64,000 nucleotides of DNA from the human T2T-CHM13v2.0 reference genome, Homo sapiens. The stretch lies in NCBI RefSeq assembly GCF_009914755.1, contig NC_060947.1. One strand, given 5' to 3'. Of this stretch, positions 52,380 to 64,000 are shown piece by piece. The notes below the pieces were generated by a model that saw only the letters and a list, made by a program, of their open reading frames with translations, made no database searches and had not been told where the DNA came from. The position numbers were made by a program, and so were the translations under genes. The first letter of the stretch is position 1; each line of letters begins with the position of its first letter.

Positions 52380-54660
52380 TGATATGGTTTGGCTGTGTCC
52401 CCACCCAATTCTCATCTTTAATTTCCACATGTTGTGGGAGGGACCCAGTGGGAGGTAACTGGATCATGGGGGCAGGTCTTTCCCATGGTGTTCTCATGGT
52501 TGTGGGTGGGTCTCACAAGATCTGATGGTATTATAAGGGGAGTTTCCCTGCACAAGCTCTTTTTCTTTGCCTGCTGCCATCCACGTAAGATGTGACTTGC
52601 TCCTCCTTCCCTTCTGCCATGATTGTGAGGCTTCCCCAGCCATGTGGAACTGGAAGTCCATGTTAAACCTCCTTCCTTTATAAATTGCCCAGTCTCGGGT
52701 ATGTCTTTATCAGCAGCATGAAAATGGACTAATGCAATAAATTGTATAAGTCGTTGCTGAAAAGATAACTGAAAATGTGGAAGCAACTTTGGAACTGAGT
52801 AACAGGCAGAGGTTGGAACAGTTTGGAGGGCTCAGAAGAAGACAGAAAAAATGTGGAAAAGTTTGGAACTTCCTAGAGACTTGTTGAATGGCTTTGACAA
52901 AAATGCTGATAGTGATATGAACAGTAAGATCCAGGCAGAGGTGGTCTCAGATTGAGATGAGGAACTTGTTGTGAACTGGAGCAATGGTGACTCTTGTTAT
53001 GTTTTAGCAAAGAGACTGGCAGCATTTTGCCCCTGCCCTAGAGATTTGTGGAACTTTGAACTTGACAGAGATGATTTAGAGTATCTGGTGGAAGAAATTT
53101 CTAAGCAGCAAAGCATTCAAGAGGTGACTTGGGTGCTGTTAAATGCATTCAGTTTTATAAGGGAAGTAGAGTATTAAAGTTTGAAAAATTTGCAGCCTGA
53201 CAATGTGATAGAGAAGAAAATCCCATTTTCTAAGGAGAAATTCAAGCCAGCTGCAGAAATTTGTATAAGTAATGAGGAGCCAAATGTTAATCTCCAAGAC
53301 AATGTGGAAAATGTTTCCAGGGCATGTCAGAGGTCTTCACGGCAGCCCCTCCCATCACATGCCTGGGAGCCTAGGAAGAAAAAACGGTTTTGTGAGCTAG
53401 GTCCAGGGTCCCTGTGCTGTGCACAGCCTAGGGACTTGGTGCCCTGTGTGCCAGCCACTCCAGGCATGACTAAAAAGGGCCAAGGTACAGCTTGGGCCAT
53501 GGCTTCAGAGACTGCAAGCCCCAAGCTTTGGCAGTTTCCATGTGGTGTTGAGACTGCAGGTGAGCAGAGGTCAAGAATTGAGGTTGGGAAACCTCTGCCT
53601 AGATTTCAGAGGATTTATAGAAACACCTGGATGTCCAAGCAAAAGTTTGCTGCAGAGACGAGGCTCTCACGGGGAACCTCTGCTAGGGCAGTGCAGAAGG
53701 GAAATGTGGGTTCTGAGCTGCCACACAGAGTCCCTACTGGGGCACTACTTAATGGAGCTATGAGAAGATGACCACTGTCTTCCAAACCCCAGAATGGTAG
53801 ATCCACCAACAGCTTGCACCATGTGCCTGGAAAAGCCACAGACACTCAGCCAGCCCAAGAAAGCAACCGGGAGCGGGGCCATACCCTGTAAAGCCACAGG
53901 GGTGGAGCTGCCCAACACCATGGGAACCCACCTCTTGCATCAGTGTGACCTGGATGTGAGCCATGGAGTCAAGGGAGATCATTTTGGACCTTTAAGATTT
54001 GACTGCCCCACAGGATTTCAGACTCACATGGGGCCTGTAGCCCCTTTGTTTTGGCCAATTTCTCCTTTGGAATGGCTGTATTTACCCAATGTCTGTACCC
54101 CCATTGTATCTAGGAAGTAACTAACTTGCCTTTGATTTTACAGGCTCATAGGCAGAAGGGACTTGCTTTGTCTGGGATGAGACTTTGGACTGTGTACTTT
54201 TGAGTTAATGCTGAAATGAGTTAAGACTTTGGGGGACTGTTGGGAAGGCATAATTGGTTTTGAAATGCGAGGTCATGAGATTTGGGAGGGTCCAGGGCCA
54301 GAATGATATGGTTTGGCTGTGTCCCTACCCAAATCTCACCTTTAATTCCTACGTATTGTGGGAGGGACCCAGTGGGAGGTAACTGGATCATAGGGGCAGG
54401 TCTTTCCCATGGCATTCTCATGGTTGTGGGTGGGTCTCACAAGATCTGATGGTACTATGAGGGGGAGTTTCCCTTCACAAGCTCTTTTTCTTTGCCTGCT
54501 GCCATCCATGTAAGATGTGACTTGCTCCTCCCTTCCTTTGCCATGATTGTGAGGCTTCCCCAGCCATGTGGAACTGTAAGTCCATATTAAACCTTTTTCT
54601 TTTGTAAATTGCCCAGTCTCGGGTATGTCTTTATCAGCAGCATGAAAACGGACTAATACA
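52380..54660 (+). mobile_element. Complete THE1 (THE1A/B-like) MaLR provirus: 5'LTR 52380-52736, internal 52737-54303, 3'LTR 54304-54660
   Basis: Two TGATATGGTTTGGCTGTGTCCC...GGACTAAT(G/A)CA LTRs; perfect 5-bp TSD GCATC (52375-52379, 54661-54665); THE1-int ORF remnant 53181-53771. Confidence 0.95.
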
Positions 54661-54811
54661 GCATCATAGACATAAATGTATACAAATAAAAAAATAAAAG
54701 AAACAAGAAGCAAGCTCTGTACATCTCAGAGTCACATTGCTAAGACAAATAAAGCAATATGCAGAAAAATCTGTATATCACACTATCACCTGTGTAAAAA
54801 AATGTGATGCA

Positions 54812-59364
<4,553 letters not shown>

Positions 59365-59389
59365 CAAAAAAAAAAAAAAGCCAAAAAAC

Positions 59390-59677
59390 ACCTGCTTTAG
59401 GGGCTGGGTGGGAGGGTCCAGTCCAGGGTAGAAAACTGGGTTAGTTGAGAGTCGGCAGATGAAGCCAGTGTGAGCCGAAGGAAAGGAGCGGCGGAGGCGG
59501 CTCAGCGGACTCAGCCCTGCCAAGGAGAATTCCTAGGGCGGGACCTAGAGTTTTCCGGGCCCCATCTTCCGACGTCGCCGCCCCGGATGTCATCTTATCC
59601 TCCTTTGTCTCCGCCTCCCCCCTCTCCTCCTCCCGCGCTGGGCTCGCGGTGCCTGGTTCCTCTTGGAGCCGCTTCTT

Positions 59678-59714
<37 letters not shown>

Positions 59715-59750
59715 TCGGTTCATCCTCCTGCACCAGATGGCCAATCGAGT
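59390..59750. promoter_or_regulatory. CpG-island-like 5' segment of the MEMO1 retrocopy
   Basis: High GC with many intact CpGs and a GC box (GGGCGGG ~59536) in otherwise AT-rich, CpG-poor surroundings. Confidence 0.6.
59678..59712 (+). repeat. Uninterrupted (CCG)11 trinucleotide repeat
   Basis: CCG x11 (59678-59710) + CC, 25 nt upstream of the pseudogene ATG. Confidence 0.97.
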
Positions 59751-60150
59751 GATCAGGCTGTACACAGTGGTAGTCAGTCTCAGGACCTCAACTGAAAGCA
59801 CAGCTAGAAGGGCGACTTTCACAGGGTCGGTTAACAAAAAGATTCTAGAGCCATTATCGCACTCCATGGGTCTTTTTGTTGCTGGTGCTTATGGCCTTCC
59901 CATCATGTGTTCCCTGTCGATGTGCACTTTCTGGTATGGATAGACACAGGACACCTCTGTATGACCTCCCTATTGAGCAAAAGATGTATGGAGAATCAAA
60001 AATTGAACACAGTATGACATACATTGGCCTTATATTGTTAAAGCCATGGAGAACCATAAGGATGAGCTTACCACCATTTCTGTACTGGTTGGAACTTTCA
60101 GTGAGTCAAAAGAAGAGGAATACAGGAAACTCTACAATACGTAGCTAGTG

Positions 60151-60755
<605 letters not shown>

Positions 60756-61248
60756 TTTCTTCTATTTCTGCCATTGAGGTCAAAAGTTCTGGACAGTTAC
60801 TCTGCTCAATCTTTAGGAGAGACTTAGAAATATATTGACTATCAAGCCAGGCACGGTGGCTTACGCTGATTTTGATCTTGGGGGACACTCAAACCTCAAA
60901 CTAATAGAATGTTCTCTTGTTTTCTAGCAGGAGTAGCCCTTTTAAAATATGAATTGATTACAAATTTCTTCCTCGTTTAGGGCAGTGGAAGAAAGGCCAG
61001 CATGAAAATATGTTGATTTACAGTTCCCACCATGGCAGGCAGCCCTTTAAATGCTACTTGTTTTTTGCCTAATATATAATTTAATAGATCCTAAATATCC
61101 ACTCTTTGAAAATTTGTGCACATGTATTCCACTTGAACAATTTTGCAAATTGCACAGAGACACAAAACGGTGGAAGCATTAATAGGTTGAATTTACTTTT
61201 TTAAAAGCCAGCTTTTGGGTTTTGGCTCTACGCATTTTTGTTTATTTT

Positions 61249-61647
61249 TGTGATAGAAACAGAGAGGCATTACTCAGATCCCACTTCATGAAGGCTCTCA
61301 CTGTCCAGCTTCAAGGAGTTTGGTTAGCTGTTACTGCCATCAGCTGTTAGTAGCTCCAAGGTCAGACCACCTCAGTTTTTGAGCTGAAATCATCCTCAGG
61401 ATGCCCATGGCTAATGATGGAGCAAAAGGAGGTATTGGGATATAGCCTTTTCTGCTCAATGCAGAACTCATCTGATGGACAATCTTTGCTCCAGAGCTCC
61501 CCATTGGACTGACAGAGACTTTCTCAGGTCTACATTGCAGTCGTACAACACCCCCTTCCCTTTTTTTCCGCAGACATTACTCCTCTATAAACCTTTCGTA
61601 CCCTTAACTCCCTAGTATCTGTTTCCCTGACAACCCAACCTGTGACG
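61249..61647 (+). mobile_element. Ancient ERVL-class solo LTR (LTR16/LTR33-like)
   Basis: TG start, CAGATCCCACTTCA..., CCAGAGCTCCCCATTGG, and AACCCAACCTGTGAC end. Confidence 0.55.
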
Positions 61648-62094
61648 AGTTTCTAGTTCACTCATTTGAGCTTTATCTTTCATTAATTCCCTATTTGTAT
61701 TTTCTTTTGGATAATTTTGTGGCTTTGCAACTGTGTTTATAGTATATTACTCAGTGTACATATTTTCCACTTTTAATAATAAGAGCATTTATAGTGGAGT
61801 ATTGCAAACTGCTGGATTTGAATGCTTTTAGGACAGTCATGTACTCTCCAATTCTCCATAGGCCCTTCCTCTACCTATTTTTACATCTAACCACTTCCTA
61901 CATCTACATCACCTACATAGGCCCTGGACACATTTGTGATTCCTAATGTAAAGCTATACATTTTCTTCTAAATAGAGCCTTAGATGATCCCATAGGTTTT
62001 GTTATAAAGCATTTACCTTTTTGTTACTTCCTAAAAAATTTATAACTTCTGTCTTGATTTTCTCTTTTATCTAGGAGTTTTTTGGGGATTTGTG

Positions 62095-62730
<636 letters not shown>

Positions 62731-63309
62731 CGTGATCTAGGGGTATCTAGGAGACTGTTCCTCAGTTTTTAAGTAGTAAAGATATTTTGACCATCTTCAA
62801 TTATTTATTTTAAATTTTACTGGATTATAATGAGAATGTGTTGCCTCTACAAATCTCTGCTTCTTTAAATTCATGAAGTTTTCCTCTGTGAAGAAGCACA
62901 CAGTTGATAGACATTAGAACATAATTTACATTAAAAATTTTTTTTCCGAGTTCCCAAGACCTGGAAAACAAAATAGTTTACATTTTAAAATGCGTGTGGA
63001 AATATACATATATATGATTATATGTTGAACTTGTTTGTCACATTATTCAGTCATCTATTTTCTAGCTTATTTTTCATCTACTTGATCATTCAAGTTCTGA
63101 AGGAGATATATTATAATCTCCCATTATGGTGGTGGTTTTCTATCAAAATCTTCTTGGGTTTCTGAGAGTTTGCTGTAAATATTAAGCTGTGATACTTCAG
63201 TACATAAAAGTTTGTGATTCATCACTTCAACAAGGATTGAACCATTTATGCCCCCTTTTCGTCTTAATGCATTTGATCTTGAATTCCACTTTTTTTTTTA
63301 ATAAAGCTT

Positions 63310-64000
<691 letters not shown>

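Noticed and set aside
53181-53771. 196-aa ORF as a novel gene
   Set aside because: Remnant of the THE1 internal ORF, with a non-ATG start and flanking stops/frameshifts.

Overview
Hominid (most likely human) genomic DNA at the THOC2 locus (Xq25 from recall). The minus strand carries the first three coding exons of THOC2 (27473-27403, 7358-7300, 1397-1306). Spliced, they encode [74 protein letters not shown]. The gene starts from a CpG-island promoter at about 26.7-27.7 kb. Only about 425 bp upstream of the probable TSS lies a full-length SVA (D-like) in divergent orientation, with three stacked poly(A) tracts and an apparent ~280-bp 3' transduction. The rest of the upstream region is dense repeat: many Alus, old L1s, a decayed ERVL provirus with RT (YIDD) and integrase remnants, an LTR16-type ERVL with a tRNA-Leu PBS, a complete THE1 MaLR provirus with 5-bp TSDs, and DNA transposons. 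At 59.4-61.2 kb is an old MEMO1 processed pseudogene whose 5' end is still a CpG-rich island with a pure (CCG)11 repeat. Almost all ORFs in the supplied track are repeat-derived and non-coding. I cannot demonstrate a new biological system from sequence alone. The best leads are the promoter-adjacent SVA/transduction and the retrocopy-borne CpG island with its CCG repeat. Repeat boundaries and subfamily calls were made by eye and are approximate.
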